Shown here: positions 1 to 10,917 of the stretch, piece after piece | Position numbering within the stretch: the first letter of the stretch is position 1 | Layout: every line of letters starts with the position of its first letter | IMG/VR virus record: IMGVR_UViG_3300036805_000098 | Coordinates: 1 to 60,370 of that record | Length of the DNA: 60,370 bases | Reading direction: 5' to 3' (one strand) | Source: a virus | Lineage: Duplodnaviria; Caudoviricetes | Notes under the pieces: generated by a model | The model's input: the letters and a program-made list of their open reading frames with translations, nothing else | Told to the model about the DNA's origin: nothing | Databases searched by the model: none | Position numbers and translations under genes: made by a program

Positions 1-322
1 ACGCTCATCAGCACGGCGAGCAGCCATACGGGCATATCAGGTTCTCCAGTTCCTTATGATCTTCTTCAGGTTTCCGTGCTGGTCGTAGACGCCCCGGAAC
101 ATCGGACCCCCGTCCTCGGCCTTCTTGAGGAGGCTGACGGGAGGCCGACGTCGGGGCCAGAGACGACGCTTCACCGGGCGACCCATCCCCGGTGGTACTG
201 ATCGGAGATGTCCTGGTCGCCGTACGTGCGCCGGATGTAGGCGGCGCCATCTTGGATGTTGTCGAGCGGGGTACGCGCCCGGCCGGTGCGCAGCAGCGCC
301 CGGCCGAGGCGCCGGAGCCGGT

Positions 323-685
323 TCACTCGACGAGCTTCCCGGCGGGGGAGACCGAGGCCGGGACCGGCGAGACCACGACCTGCCGCACGAAGAGGCCGAG
401 CAGCGCGGTGACGGCGGAGATCAGCACGGCCTGGTGACCGGCGGTCCAGTCCAGGTTGAACGCGGCGAAGAGCGCGAACAGGGCGTTCATGACGCCGACC
501 ACGAGAGCGATGATCCCGTCATGGACGTGGACGGCGTTCGCCACGGCGAAGACGAACACGACGACGGCGGTGACGATGCCCTGGACGTGGCCACTGACGT
601 CGAAGCCGTACCCGGTCACCACCTGGAACACAGCGGCGACGGTTGCGAGGATCGCAACCTGGTCGCGCCCGAAGATCTTGCCCAT
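323..685 (-). CDS. holin-like membrane protein
   Basis: 120 aa with about four hydrophobic segments; purine-rich RBS (AAAGAGAGG) upstream. Confidence 0.55.
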   Translation of the reverse strand: MGKIFGRDQVAILATVAAVFQVVTGYGFDVSGHVQGIVTAVVVFVFAVANAVHVHDGIIALVVGVMNALFALFAAFNLDWTAGHQAVLISAVTALLGLFVRQVVVSPVPASVSPAGKLVE

Positions 686-754
686 GGGGGTACCTCTCTT
701 TAGCTGAGTTGACCTACGGAAAGAAGGTACCCCCTGCGGGGGCCGAATGCTGTC

Positions 755-2155
755 TCAGCGCCCGGGGGTGATCTTCTGCGACATGGCCGAACCACCCATA
801 GAGCCCTGTCCCCCGGCCATCAGGTGCGCCAGGCGCAGCCCCCAGCCGTTCCACACGGCGGCGTCCAGCCGGTCCGGTGACCAGCCGAGATCTTCGTGCC
901 AGGTGCACATCTGGTCCTCCAGAGCCTCGAAGGTTCCGGCGTGGTGCCAGCGGCCCTGCGCGGTGAGGGCGCTCACGGGTTCGGCACGGATCTTCTTACC
1001 CCGGGTCGCGGTCACGATCTTGATCGGGATGTTGACGCCAGCGGCCTCGGCTGCCGTCCGCAACACGGACACGCACATGGCGCCGCCGTAGTTCGTCTCC
1101 ACGAAGATCTCGTCCGCCTCCCAGTCGACGGCGGCGGCGATGGCCGCCTTTCCCCAGCCATCGGGCGACCGGTGCACCGTGCGGTCGGACAGCACGTAAC
1201 CGTGCTTCTGCGGGCGGGCCGAGGCGGGGATGACGATGCCCTCCTCCTCGGGCATGACGGTGGGCGGGAGGATGAGCTTGGACCGGGCGGCGACGACGAT
1301 GCCCTGCTCACCGGCACCACCGGACGGGTCGACGCCGACGGAGATGCGGCCCAGCTCGGGGAGGTCGGCCTTGAGCACCCGGGCGGCATCGATCGTGCGG
1401 TGCTTCCAGAGGGCGTTCTCGTCCTCGTCCATGAGCTGGCCGAGCAGTTCCTGTCGGCCGAGCTGGGTGCCGCCGTACTCGTCCTCCAGCGCGTCGCGGA
1501 TCTCCTGCGGCAGGTGGGGGTTGTCGTACATGGAGGCGCGGGACACGACCACCCGGGCGATGTCGCCCCGGTCCAGCCGCTTGATCAACTGGCGTGGCTT
1601 GGGGGTGGTGGACCCGATCCAGTGCGGGTGCGGACCGGACCGCAGGCCGAACCGCATCTGCGCCCACGCCATGTCCAGGTAGCGCCAGGCGGCCAGCTCC
1701 TCCAGCCACTGGAGGCACCGGTTACCACCGGACCGGAGACGCTGGGTGTCCTCCTCGGTGTTGGCGCCGAATAGCTTCGCCTCGCTGCCGTTGGGCCAGC
1801 GGATGATCGTGCCACCGATGGTGTTGACCATCTTGGCCGAGGGGTCGTGCGCGCTGATACCCGAGGGGCCGGAGAAGCACGACGTCGCGGCGTCACCGAG
1901 AGTCGGAGCAATGATGCCCATCCAGTGCGGGGTCGGACCCTTGAGGCAGGCCGGGCCCTTGACGTGGTCGGCCATGTACTTGGCGCAGGTGTCGGTCTTA
2001 CCGGCGCCTCGGCCCGCCATCAGCAGCCAGCCGTAGAACGTCCCGGTCGGTGGCGGGATCTGGTGCGGCAGGGGAGCCCAGCGCCCCGCCTGTTCGCCGA
2101 ACAGGCGGAGCTGCTGCGCGGCGAGGCGCGCGATCTCCTGCGCATCGGTGGTCAT
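755..2155 (-). CDS. terL: terminase large subunit
   Basis: Walker A (AGRGAGKT), WLEE Walker B-like motif, STTP motif III, nuclease motifs GVDP and SPDRLDA; start placed at MTTDAQ. Confidence 0.92.
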   Translation of the reverse strand: MTTDAQEIARLAAQQLRLFGEQAGRWAPLPHQIPPPTGTFYGWLLMAGRGAGKTDTCAKYMADHVKGPACLKGPTPHWMGIIAPTLGDAATSCFSGPSGISAHDPSAKMVNTIGGTIIRWPNGSEAKLFGANTEEDTQRLRSGGNRCLQWLEELAAWRYLDMAWAQMRFGLRSGPHPHWIGSTTPKPRQLIKRLDRGDIARVVVSRASMYDNPHLPQEIRDALEDEYGGTQLGRQELLGQLMDEDENALWKHRTIDAARVLKADLPELGRISVGVDPSGGAGEQGIVVAARSKLILPPTVMPEEEGIVIPASARPQKHGYVLSDRTVHRSPDGWGKAAIAAAVDWEADEIFVETNYGGAMCVSVLRTAAEAAGVNIPIKIVTATRGKKIRAEPVSALTAQGRWHHAGTFEALEDQMCTWHEDLGWSPDRLDAAVWNGWGLRLAHLMAGGQGSMGGSAMSQKITPGR

Positions 2156-2159
2156 GGGG

Positions 2160-2372
2160 TCAGTGTGCCGCAGCGTCGATGCACTCGGTGACCCGGAGCT
2201 GGAGAGCGTCCGCCTCGATCGTGATCGCCTCGGCGAAGGCGGGCGCGTCGGCGGCGGTGGCGGCCACGGCAGCCATCGAGCGCAGCAGCGCCAGCACAAA
2301 GTCGGTGCCGAGCACGGGCACCCGGTCGCAGCCGAGGCGCACCGGTGCGGACGCGCAGATCGTCGGAGTCAC
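2160..2372 (-). CDS. hypothetical protein
   Basis: Fits between neighbours with a 4-bp overlap to the upstream ORF. Confidence 0.45.
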   Translation of the reverse strand: MTPTICASAPVRLGCDRVPVLGTDFVLALLRSMAAVAATAADAPAFAEAITIEADALQLRVTECIDAAAH

Positions 2373-2584
2373 TGGAGATCACCGGGCCTTGGGGCGAAGG
2401 TGCCCACCATCGCATCGGCGTTGCTCTGGAGACCGGCGAGGAAGGTCATGAAGTTCTTGACCTCGGTCACGCTGTAGCCGTGGAACTCCATGGCGCCCTC
2501 CCCAACGCCGATCTTGATCATCCGGGTGTCGGTGTAAGGGGCGGTGGGCCCGGCGGTGCCGGTCGGAGCGGTCTTCTCTGTCAT
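2369..2584 (-). CDS. hypothetical protein
   Basis: Strong RBS (GAAAGGAA), high GC3; first gene after the 2.6-2.8 kb element. Confidence 0.7.
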   Translation of the reverse strand: MTEKTAPTGTAGPTAPYTDTRMIKIGVGEGAMEFHGYSVTEVKNFMTFLAGLQSNADAMVGTFAPRPGDLQ

Positions 2585-2654
2585 GATCAGTTCCTTTCAC
2601 TCAACCGGCTTGAGTATACCTATACGCACCGGGAGCGCCAGCGGGAGACTGTAT

Positions 2655-2791
2655 GTTACCCGCTCGTACTGATCATGCGCTGACCAGCCACTATTCCCCG
2701 CAGAACGGGCTGGACCAGTTGTGCCACCAGGTTCGAGTTCGCTCCGGAGACGGCAACCTCCGGACTTTCCTACGGTACGTAATAGTAACTT
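2655..2791 (-). repeat. ~135-bp conserved non-coding element, copy 1 (inverted copy at ~25116-25251)
   Basis: Shared blocks TCATGCGCTGACCAGCCACTATTCCCCGCAGAA and GTTCGCTCCGGAGACGGCAACCTCCGGACTTTCCTAC; flanked by direct repeat GTATACCTATACGC at 2614 and 2816. Confidence 0.9.
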
Positions 2792-2935
2792 CTCCCAAAA
2801 CAACGGATAGTTACCGTATACCTATACGCTGCGCCCGATGACGCCGGAGGGCGTCCGTGGCGCTGTCGATGGCGATAACGATCATCAGCCACACCGACAG
2901 CACCGCCACGGACGCCCACACGAGAGGCCGCACGA

Positions 2936-3814
2936 TCATACGGCGAAGCCCTTACCGGCCGCCCACGACTGCGCGGCGGACCACAGCGCAGCGTCGTCGA
3001 CCGTGGCGGGCGCCGGGGGAGTCGGCGTCGGCGGGGTCGGCGGCACGGGCACGATCGGCGCGAACGAGAACACCGGCAGCGTGACGTCGCCGTCGTCCTT
3101 GAGCAGCAGGGTGAGGTTCTTCCCCGTGATCTTGAACGAGCCATCCAGCGGACCCCACGACTCGTTCCAGGAGTTGTCGCCGGTCCACTCGTCCGTCTCG
3201 GGGTCGTACCCGGTGAGGACCATCTCGTGGCCACCGGCGACGCCCGACTTCGGGTTGACGACGAAGTAGCCCTTCTTGTCGAGATCTTCCATCGAGTTGT
3301 AGAAGGTGGTGCCCCACATCAGGGCACCGGACTGGATGGCCGAGACGGCGGCGGCGTAGCTCATGGCGTGCTGGTACTGCGTGACGAGGCCGAGCGCCTT
3401 CGCTCCGGCCATGGCACCCAGCGCGTCGGAGCCGGTGTCGTCGGGCGGGTACTGGCCGTCGTAGGCGTCGTCCCGGGTCTCGATCGAGTAGAACGCCGTG
3501 CTGAACGTGTCGTCCAGCGCGAGCGACTGCCCCACCGGCAGGAATCCGAGCGTCTTCGCCGTGGTGGGCAGGGTGACCGAGGTCTGCCCCTGCCCGGCCG
3601 CGTTGTCGGTGCCGGTCACACCGGTGAACGACTCTGCGGTGCACTTGCCGAGCTGAAGCTGATCGAGGATCGGGATGCGCCGGGTCCACTGGACCTTCTT
3701 GATGGCGCTCTTGGGCAGGACGCCGACGGCGTAACGGTGCGAGCGGGTGTCGTGGCGCACATGGCGGCCGAGGCGCGGGTCCGTACGGGTGAAGCGACGA
3801 GTGGTGACGGTCAC
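2936..3814 (-). CDS. papain-like (C1) cysteine peptidase
   Basis: QLQLGKC (Gln/Cys), GGHEM (His), NSWNESWG (Asn) catalytic motifs. Confidence 0.8.
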   Translation of the reverse strand: MTVTTRRFTRTDPRLGRHVRHDTRSHRYAVGVLPKSAIKKVQWTRRIPILDQLQLGKCTAESFTGVTGTDNAAGQGQTSVTLPTTAKTLGFLPVGQSLALDDTFSTAFYSIETRDDAYDGQYPPDDTGSDALGAMAGAKALGLVTQYQHAMSYAAAVSAIQSGALMWGTTFYNSMEDLDKKGYFVVNPKSGVAGGHEMVLTGYDPETDEWTGDNSWNESWGPLDGSFKITGKNLTLLLKDDGDVTLPVFSFAPIVPVPPTPPTPTPPAPATVDDAALWSAAQSWAAGKGFAV

Positions 3815-3932
3815 GGGATGTCCCTCTCTGCTGATCCGACTACCGGCAGGGTACGGCCTGACCGATCAAGAGGAGGCAAAGGACGACCCCCACCGGGTGC
3901 GTCGGTGGGGGTCGCGAGGCGAGGCTACCTGA

Positions 3933-4851
<919 letters not shown>

Positions 4852-4855
<4 letters not shown>

Positions 4856-5370
4856 GCGGGCACCTCGTCCGCCCCGGCCTCGGCAATGGCGAGCATGCGC
4901 TGCTGCGCCATGTCGATCGCCCGGACACGGGTCTCGGGCGGCAGGCCGAGGCCGTCGATCACGGCGATCAGCGTCTCCGCGACGATGGTCGACTCCATCT
5001 CGATGCGTGCGGTGAGCTGGACCTGGGTCGGCGGCTCCAGGCCACGGAGCTTGCAGATCTGGGTGATCAGCCGCATGGCGCTGTCGGTGGCCTTGGTGTC
5101 GCCCTTGAGCGCCTTACCCCAGACACCGGCGAGCAGCCGCTCCAGCCGGTCGGACTGGAGGTCGCGCAGCTCCTCCACCGTGGAGTCGAGCTGCTTGCGG
5201 CTGCGCTCCCGGGCCCGCTGGATGTCCACGCTCACGTGGTCCGGCGAGCTGTACCCAAGGTGCTTGAGCTGGTCGAAGATGGCCGAGGGGGTGACCCCGG
5301 CGAGGCGCAGGGCGACCGCCTGCTTGCGGCGCTCTTCGACGTCGAACTGGTGCTTATCGGAAGCTGCCAT
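4852..5370 (-). CDS. probable terminase small subunit (HTH)
   Basis: N-terminal HTH-like RRKQAVALRLAG and helical RLERLL...GD...KLRGLE pattern resembling actinophage TerS; upstream of terL. Confidence 0.6.
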
Positions 5371-5398
5371 GGCTAACGAGTTCCTTTGCGACTAACGA

Positions 5399-6304
5399 TC
5401 ATCCACGGGCAGGGGTTGCACGGTGCAGTTCGTCTTCCGGGGAGCCGCAATCCTGGACCTTCGTCCGGAAGTAGCTGACCACCGAGATACGTTCGGCTCC
5501 GCACTCGCGGCAGTAGTTGTTGGGCTCCCGGCCGCACGCGCAGACCAGCGCGGTGTTGCCGTGGTACTGGTGCGCGTCCATCAGCAGCAGGTCGCCGTGC
5601 GCCAGGTCGACGGCCACCCGGTACTCGGGGAAGACCAGCCGTCCCCCGGTGTACGAGCCCCGGCGCAGGCAGGCGATCGTGCTGAACCCGGCGTCGAGGT
5701 CGCCCTTGTCGGTGTGGACCCCGGTCGGGTACGTGTTGTTGACGGTGACGGTGCTGAACGGCGTGCCCGGCACGACCCACGCCGGGTGCGAGGCGTCGGC
5801 CGCCGACTGCTGCGCGGCGGCACGCTCGGGGACGAACTCACGCTGCTCGCGGGCGACCGCCTGAAGCAGGGGCACGAGCTGTTCCCACTGCGGCAGGTGG
5901 CGGCCGGTCCACGAGGTGAGGCGGCACATGCGCTGCTGCCCGGACGGGTCGACCGCACCGATGAGGGTGGAGGCGACCTTGCGGGAGTAGGTGCGGCCCC
6001 GGTGGCCCCGCTCCTGTGCGGCCTCGGCCCCGTGGGTGGTGACGAAGCGCTTGGTCCCGCTGGCCAGGCCACGGTTGTTGGTCTGGAGAACCTGGAGGGA
6101 GTGCAGGATGTCGTAGACCCCGGGCTTGTCGAACTCCCCCGTCAGCACGCCCGGCAGGTACACGGCGAGCGGCCGGTTGTCGGGCATGCGCACCCGGGCG
6201 GGCCCGGTCAGCAGCAGGTTGTAGTCCTCGTCACCGAGGATCTTGCCGACCTTGGGCAGCAGCTCGGACTCGGGCACCCGGGCCCGCAGGCGAAGATCGA
6301 TCAT
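5399..6304 (-). CDS. TET/JBP-family 2OG-Fe(II) dioxygenase (5-methylpyrimidine oxidase)
   Basis: HTD...HGNT...RISVVSYFR iron and 2-oxoglutarate ligands; start at MIDLRLR. Confidence 0.82.
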   Translation of the reverse strand: MIDLRLRARVPESELLPKVGKILGDEDYNLLLTGPARVRMPDNRPLAVYLPGVLTGEFDKPGVYDILHSLQVLQTNNRGLASGTKRFVTTHGAEAAQERGHRGRTYSRKVASTLIGAVDPSGQQRMCRLTSWTGRHLPQWEQLVPLLQAVAREQREFVPERAAAQQSAADASHPAWVVPGTPFSTVTVNNTYPTGVHTDKGDLDAGFSTIACLRRGSYTGGRLVFPEYRVAVDLAHGDLLLMDAHQYHGNTALVCACGREPNNYCRECGAERISVVSYFRTKVQDCGSPEDELHRATPARG

Positions 6305-6879
6305 CGCAGAACCTCCAGTCCAGGGACATTGTCCCGCAGGATCGAGGCGATCTCCGCCGGAGGCAGGTTGTCCGTGTGCATCCAGGTCAGGTTGGCGTCG
6401 ACCGCCATGCGGTCCATGATGCGCTGCGCCCGGGTCGTCGCACCGCGCACCCAGCTCGGTGCCTGGTGGGAGTCGCGCTCCGCCCGGCGGGCATCGAGCG
6501 TGGTCGGCTGGCCGTCCAGGTGGATCAGGTGCACGGTGTACCCGGCCGCCCGTGCCGCGTGGAGGAAGCCCGCCGTCGCCAGCCGGGCGCCCTCGGCCAG
6601 TACGAGGCGGTGCGGCCGGGTGACGATCCACTCGACAGCCCGGGGCTGGATCGACATGCCGAGAGCATCGGTGCCGCTGAAGGCGTCGCGCCGTCGGCCG
6701 ATCTCCACGGCGACGTCGATGTTGGCGTCGGAGTCCGGGTCCTCGTTCGGCCGGACGAGCACGTCGTGCGGCACGGGGCCGAGGGCGGCGAGCCGGTCGC
6801 AATCGGCGGTGAGCGCCGCCATGACCGAGGACTTGCCGACACCGGGCGGGCCGACCAGGTACACGAGGTGGTACGTCAC
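6301..6879 (-). CDS. P-loop nucleotide kinase associated with DNA base modification
   Basis: GPPGVGKS Walker A, FSGTDAL and EGARL motifs; coupled to the TET/JBP gene. Confidence 0.75.
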   Translation of the reverse strand: MTYHLVYLVGPPGVGKSSVMAALTADCDRLAALGPVPHDVLVRPNEDPDSDANIDVAVEIGRRRDAFSGTDALGMSIQPRAVEWIVTRPHRLVLAEGARLATAGFLHAARAAGYTVHLIHLDGQPTTLDARRAERDSHQAPSWVRGATTRAQRIMDRMAVDANLTWMHTDNLPPAEIASILRDNVPGLEVLR

Positions 6880-7904
6880 AGTGAGTTCTCCATCGCCTTC
6901 TCGGTGGGCTCGCTGCCCACGATCCAGAACAGGGTGGCGCCATCGGACGGACGCCACCAGTAGGGCTGCACGTCATCGAGCCACGTACGGACCTTTCCCT
7001 CGTAGGTCGGGTGGAAGTCGATTCCGTCGGCGCGGTACGGGCGCCGGTCGGCGTACTTGACGTAGCCCGTGGAGTGCAGGTCGTAGTGATCGAGCAGCAC
7101 CGGGCCCGAGCTGCGGGGCGCAGCCGGGCCGTCGTGCGTGCGCCAGGTGAACAGGCTCCGGATGTCGAGCCCCGTCGCCTCCTCGATCACCCGGAGCCGC
7201 TTGTCCAGCCACTCCACCCGGGTCGGCCCGATGCCGACGAGGACCACCCGGCTCAGCGAGGCGGCGCCGTAGCGGGCGATGCCGGTCAGCACCGAGCAGG
7301 CCGAGTTGCCCGAGCCGAACGGCAGCACGAGCGTGCGCACACCTCCCGGGATGTTGAGCGCCTGCTGCGCCCCCACGAGGTGGAACGCGGCGACCGTGTA
7401 GGGCGTGGCATCGGGTGCAGTGGTGATGCCGTAGTGCAGCCGGTAGAAGCCGGTGTAGGGCGCGGTCTCCGCCAGCTCGGAGCACGCACGCTGGAGGGCT
7501 GGGTTGAACCCCACCGGTGTGTAGGCGAACCGCGCTCCGGCCCGCTGAGCGATGCGGACGTTCTCGTGGCGGCGGGCGGTGGACGGCCGGGTCGCACCGA
7601 GCACCACCGTGACCGGGATCTGGTAGTGCCGCCCGACAAGAGCTGCCATGGAGACCTGCGGGGAGTGGACCGAGGCGGCGGTGATGATGCCCCGCCGGTT
7701 GTCGTAGCGCGCCGACTCCACGAGGTGGACGAGCTGGCGCAGCTTGGAGCCGTTGATGCCGCCGTAGCCGAGCGGCGCGAACGTGTCCTCCCGCTTGTAG
7801 AACAGACCGCCCTCTGCCTGATCCACGGGCGTGAGGGTGTCCAGCGCCTGCGCCCACGGCAGGCCGGGAGCAAGCAGCTCGTGGAAGATCGTCCCGGTGC
7901 TCAC
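6876..7904 (-). CDS. PLP-dependent enzyme (ACC deaminase/cysteine desulfhydrase-like fold)
   Basis: TPV...KRED...GINGSKLRQ PLP-lysine motif, PFGSGNS loop, HPTYEGK. Confidence 0.8.
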   Translation of the reverse strand: MSTGTIFHELLAPGLPWAQALDTLTPVDQAEGGLFYKREDTFAPLGYGGINGSKLRQLVHLVESARYDNRRGIITAASVHSPQVSMAALVGRHYQIPVTVVLGATRPSTARRHENVRIAQRAGARFAYTPVGFNPALQRACSELAETAPYTGFYRLHYGITTAPDATPYTVAAFHLVGAQQALNIPGGVRTLVLPFGSGNSACSVLTGIARYGAASLSRVVLVGIGPTRVEWLDKRLRVIEEATGLDIRSLFTWRTHDGPAAPRSSGPVLLDHYDLHSTGYVKYADRRPYRADGIDFHPTYEGKVRTWLDDVQPYWWRPSDGATLFWIVGSEPTEKAMENSL

Positions 7905-9001
7905 AGCACGAGCCTCCTCGCGTCGGCGCGCACGCCGAACACACCATCGGCCACCGCCTGGTCGAAGCCGCTCCACAGCTCGGGGTCCTCGTGGCCGAGG
8001 ACGACGACCTGCCCGGTACGGCGGTAGTGGTTCTGCTTGTCCGGGCAGAGGCCGGGGTCGTACGGCGACGCCTCCAGCCGGAGGTACGGCGGCAGGCTCT
8101 GCGCCCGTGCGTGCCAGAACAGGGAGCCGACCGGGCTGTCCGGCCAGTCGGCCTCGGCCCGCTGGATGCGGTTGTAGAGCATGTCGTTGTACACGCCCGG
8201 GTACCGGCGGTTGGGCTTGTGCCAGGACTTGTACGTGCACAGCGCCGACTCCAGCGTGAAGTACCCGGCGTCCGCGTGACCGTCGCTGCGGTCGGCCGCC
8301 TCGGTGAGCAGGTCGTCGGCGAAGGCGCGCAGCATGCCCAACCGTTCGGGCCGGGGCGCGCTCTTGTCGGCGAGCGCGGTGCGCACGTCGGCGCCCGCCA
8401 CGATCTCCAGTCCGGTGCGGTGGGAGCGGGAGCCGTCCCGGTCCCCGAGCATCAGATCCCCGCAGGGCGCGCCGTACCCGAAGATCCGCAGGTACTCCAG
8501 GTAGCTGAACGCCGACAGGCGGCCGAACCCGTACATGCCTCGGGCCTGCGCCCACACACGGGTCCAGCCACCGGCCTCGGCCCGGCGCCACAGCGAAGCC
8601 TGCGTGCCGTTGGACTGCACGAGCGTGCGATAGGCGCGCACAGCCGTGGGGAACTTCGCCTTCCAGTGGCGGCGGTCGGTGTCGAACGGCAGGCGCGCCC
8701 ACTGCGCGTCGAAGAACCGCAGCATCGGCTCCACGTCCGACGTCGGCCCGCCGGGGCACTGCTCCATCAGCAGCAGCGAGGTGATCGGGTGCTGGGTGTT
8801 GCCGTTGAGGAACGCGAACCAGAGCTTCTGCTCATCGGTCCAGCGGAAGTAGTCCGCCAGCCACGGGAGCAGGTAGTACACCGCGCCTGGGTGGCTGCGG
8901 TGCTCAAGGGCGTGCAGGTAGAACCGGAGGAACACCTCGCGCCGGTACTCGGGCCGTCGCAGGTCCATGTCCGGCGCGAGGGTGAGGGTGGAGGTCGTCA
9001 C
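7901..9001 (-). CDS. aGPT-Pplase2-like amino acid:DNA transferase
   Basis: WFAFLNG, DTDRR, FGRLSAFSYLEYL and ESALCTYK motifs; operon context. Confidence 0.75.
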   Translation of the reverse strand: MTTSTLTLAPDMDLRRPEYRREVFLRFYLHALEHRSHPGAVYYLLPWLADYFRWTDEQKLWFAFLNGNTQHPITSLLLMEQCPGGPTSDVEPMLRFFDAQWARLPFDTDRRHWKAKFPTAVRAYRTLVQSNGTQASLWRRAEAGGWTRVWAQARGMYGFGRLSAFSYLEYLRIFGYGAPCGDLMLGDRDGSRSHRTGLEIVAGADVRTALADKSAPRPERLGMLRAFADDLLTEAADRSDGHADAGYFTLESALCTYKSWHKPNRRYPGVYNDMLYNRIQRAEADWPDSPVGSLFWHARAQSLPPYLRLEASPYDPGLCPDKQNHYRRTGQVVVLGHEDPELWSGFDQAVADGVFGVRADARRLVL

Positions 9002-9150
9002 TCGGTGCCCCGCACGATCGAGGGGTTGTCGGAGTCGGCCGACTCGCGCCGGTCGGCGGGGCGCGCGTGCGGGCAGGTCTCGCTCAGCCAGTGCTCAAGG
9101 CTGTGCACCAGCCCGCACCGGGCGCAGCGGGGCGTCTCGTCTTTCCTCAC
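8998..9150 (-). CDS. small hypothetical protein (CxxC)
   Basis: 50-aa ORF (VRKDETPRCARCG...) overlapping both neighbours by 4 bp. Confidence 0.5.
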   Translation of the reverse strand: MRKDETPRCARCGLVHSLEHWLSETCPHARPADRRESADSDNPSIVRGTE

Positions 9151-9416
9151 TGTGAAGCTCCGACCGTGTGCTGGCGACCGGCCGAGCGGACCTCCCGGAG
9201 AGCGTCCTCACGGAAACGGTCACGCAGGTATCGCACGTCGTACGACCACCCGCACTCGCACGTCGCCCGTGCGGTGCCGCCCTGCTCTCCCTCCACGCCG
9301 AGGCGGGGGAGGTCTTCGCTGTGCGTGGCGTGTTCGACCTCGGCGCCGGTCGCGTGCTGCGCCTTGTCGGCGTCCTTGCCGGGCGCCGTGTCGGGGGTCT
9401 TCTTCGGCTCACTCAT
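9147..9416 (-). CDS. hypothetical protein
   Basis: RBS GGAGG before MSEPKK. Confidence 0.6.
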   Translation of the reverse strand: MSEPKKTPDTAPGKDADKAQHATGAEVEHATHSEDLPRLGVEGEQGGTARATCECGWSYDVRYLRDRFREDALREVRSAGRQHTVGASQ

Positions 9417-10089
9417 CGTCGTCCTCCTTGGGATCTGCGGCGTGCACGCGCAGGGCGTACAGCACCGTCTGCCCGGCGGTGAGGTCGTCGCCGTCACGCT
9501 CCCGGATCTGCGCGATCAGGGCGGCTGCCTCCTGCCGGTCGGCGAGCGACATCACGAGGATGAGTTCGGTGAACTCCCCGCCGTGGCGCGGCTCGTACCC
9601 TTCGACGCGCTCCCGGCGCGCCTGCTCCTCCTCGGGCGACTCCGCGTAGCGGGCGCCGGTCGGCTGCTCGGGCATCTCTGGCACCTGGTTGGTCAGGGCG
9701 AGCAGGTCGTCGAGGTCATCCGGGGTGTAGCCGGTGCCGTCCAGATCGTCGAGCGAGCCGAGCAGCGCCGCCAGCGCGGCGTCGTCGTAGCCACCGGAGT
9801 CCGGCAGCTTGTTGTCCACGAGATTGATCTTTTTCGCGGTGTTGTCGTCGCAGGCGATGATCTCCACGCGCGCCGTCTTGCGGCCGAGCTGCGCCAGGGC
9901 CGCCATCGTGTGGTTCCCGGCGAGCACGACCAGCGCGCCCTCGGTCGACTGCCGGACGATCAGCGAGCGGTACTGCCCATTCTCGGTGATCGACTCAGCG
10001 ATGGCGTCCACGTCACCGCGCCGGGCGTTGCCCGGGAAGGGCGCCAGCTCGCTCAGCGGAACTTCTTTGGTGCTCTTGTACTCGATCAT
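9409..10089 (-). CDS. ParB N-terminal domain protein
   Basis: PGNARRGD...SITENGQY...VLAGNHT...DNK motifs. Confidence 0.85.
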   Translation of the reverse strand: MIEYKSTKEVPLSELAPFPGNARRGDVDAIAESITENGQYRSLIVRQSTEGALVVLAGNHTMAALAQLGRKTARVEIIACDDNTAKKINLVDNKLPDSGGYDDAALAALLGSLDDLDGTGYTPDDLDDLLALTNQVPEMPEQPTGARYAESPEEEQARRERVEGYEPRHGGEFTELILVMSLADRQEAAALIAQIRERDGDDLTAGQTVLYALRVHAADPKEDDDE

Positions 10090-10304
10090 TCGAAGATCTC
10101 TTCCTGCTGGTCGATGATCACTGCGGGGAGCAGCCGGACGGGCCCGTGGACCGAGGCGGCCCACACCCCGCAGCCGGGACACACCGTCCGGTGAATCATC
10201 CCCCCGGTGGGCGAGGTTTCTGCGCCGGGCGCCGCCTGCCTGTCGACTACCTCGGGTACCGCCCGCTCATGAGCGCAGCTCACGACGTGCGATGCTTTGA
10301 TCAT
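10086..10304 (-). CDS. hypothetical protein
   Basis: Coupled ORF with CxxC. Confidence 0.55.
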   Translation of the reverse strand: MIKASHVVSCAHERAVPEVVDRQAAPGAETSPTGGMIHRTVCPGCGVWAASVHGPVRLLPAVIIDQQEEIFE

Positions 10305-10693
10305 TTATCTTTTCCTTCCTCGTATTTGCGGTACAGACCAACGGTGATCAGCGCGTGCCGCACGACGGATGCCGGGGCACCGCTGGCCCTCACGACCGCC
10401 TGCACCGCCCGCTCGAACTCGGAGTCCATCGGCCCCTCCATCAGCCTGCGGCACGCATGGGTCATGATCTCGTTGAACGTCCGCCCCGGCTGGGTGCGCT
10501 CCTCCTTCAGGATCTTCTCGGCCTGGTCCCGGGTGAGACCGGCGATCCGAGCCTGCTCGTAGTAGCAATCGACGTCGGCCGCCCGCCGTGCCAGTTCACC
10601 GAACGCGCTGCCCGACTTCCGCAGGTCCGAGGCGAGGCGGGCGAACCCCGCCGCCACCTCGGCCATCGTGTATCCGGGTGCCTTCATGGTCAT
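10301..10693 (-). CDS. hypothetical protein
   Basis: Coupled ORF, high GC3. Confidence 0.65.
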   Translation of the reverse strand: MTMKAPGYTMAEVAAGFARLASDLRKSGSAFGELARRAADVDCYYEQARIAGLTRDQAEKILKEERTQPGRTFNEIMTHACRRLMEGPMDSEFERAVQAVVRASGAPASVVRHALITVGLYRKYEEGKDK

Positions 10694-10917
10694 TTCTCCC
10701 GCAGTCGTCCGTAGGGGTTACCGGGGCGGCGGTAGGTCTGCTGCCCCGGAGGGTTGCCGATGTGGAAGCCGTCGCAGTGCCAGCAGTCGTAGATCACGAG
10801 CGCCCGGCGGCCCTGCCGGTGCAGGGCCTTCAGCGACTTCTTGGCCTGGCTCTTGGAGCGGTAGTAGCGCTTGGTGGTGCAGGCCACGTCCCGCTTGTCC
10901 GGGCTGAAGTTGATCAC
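10690..10917 (-). CDS. small basic Zn-binding hypothetical protein
   Basis: CTTKRYY...YDCWHCDGFH pattern; GTG overlaps the polymerase stop. Confidence 0.65.
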   Translation of the reverse strand: MINFSPDKRDVACTTKRYYRSKSQAKKSLKALHRQGRRALVIYDCWHCDGFHIGNPPGQQTYRRPGNPYGRLREK

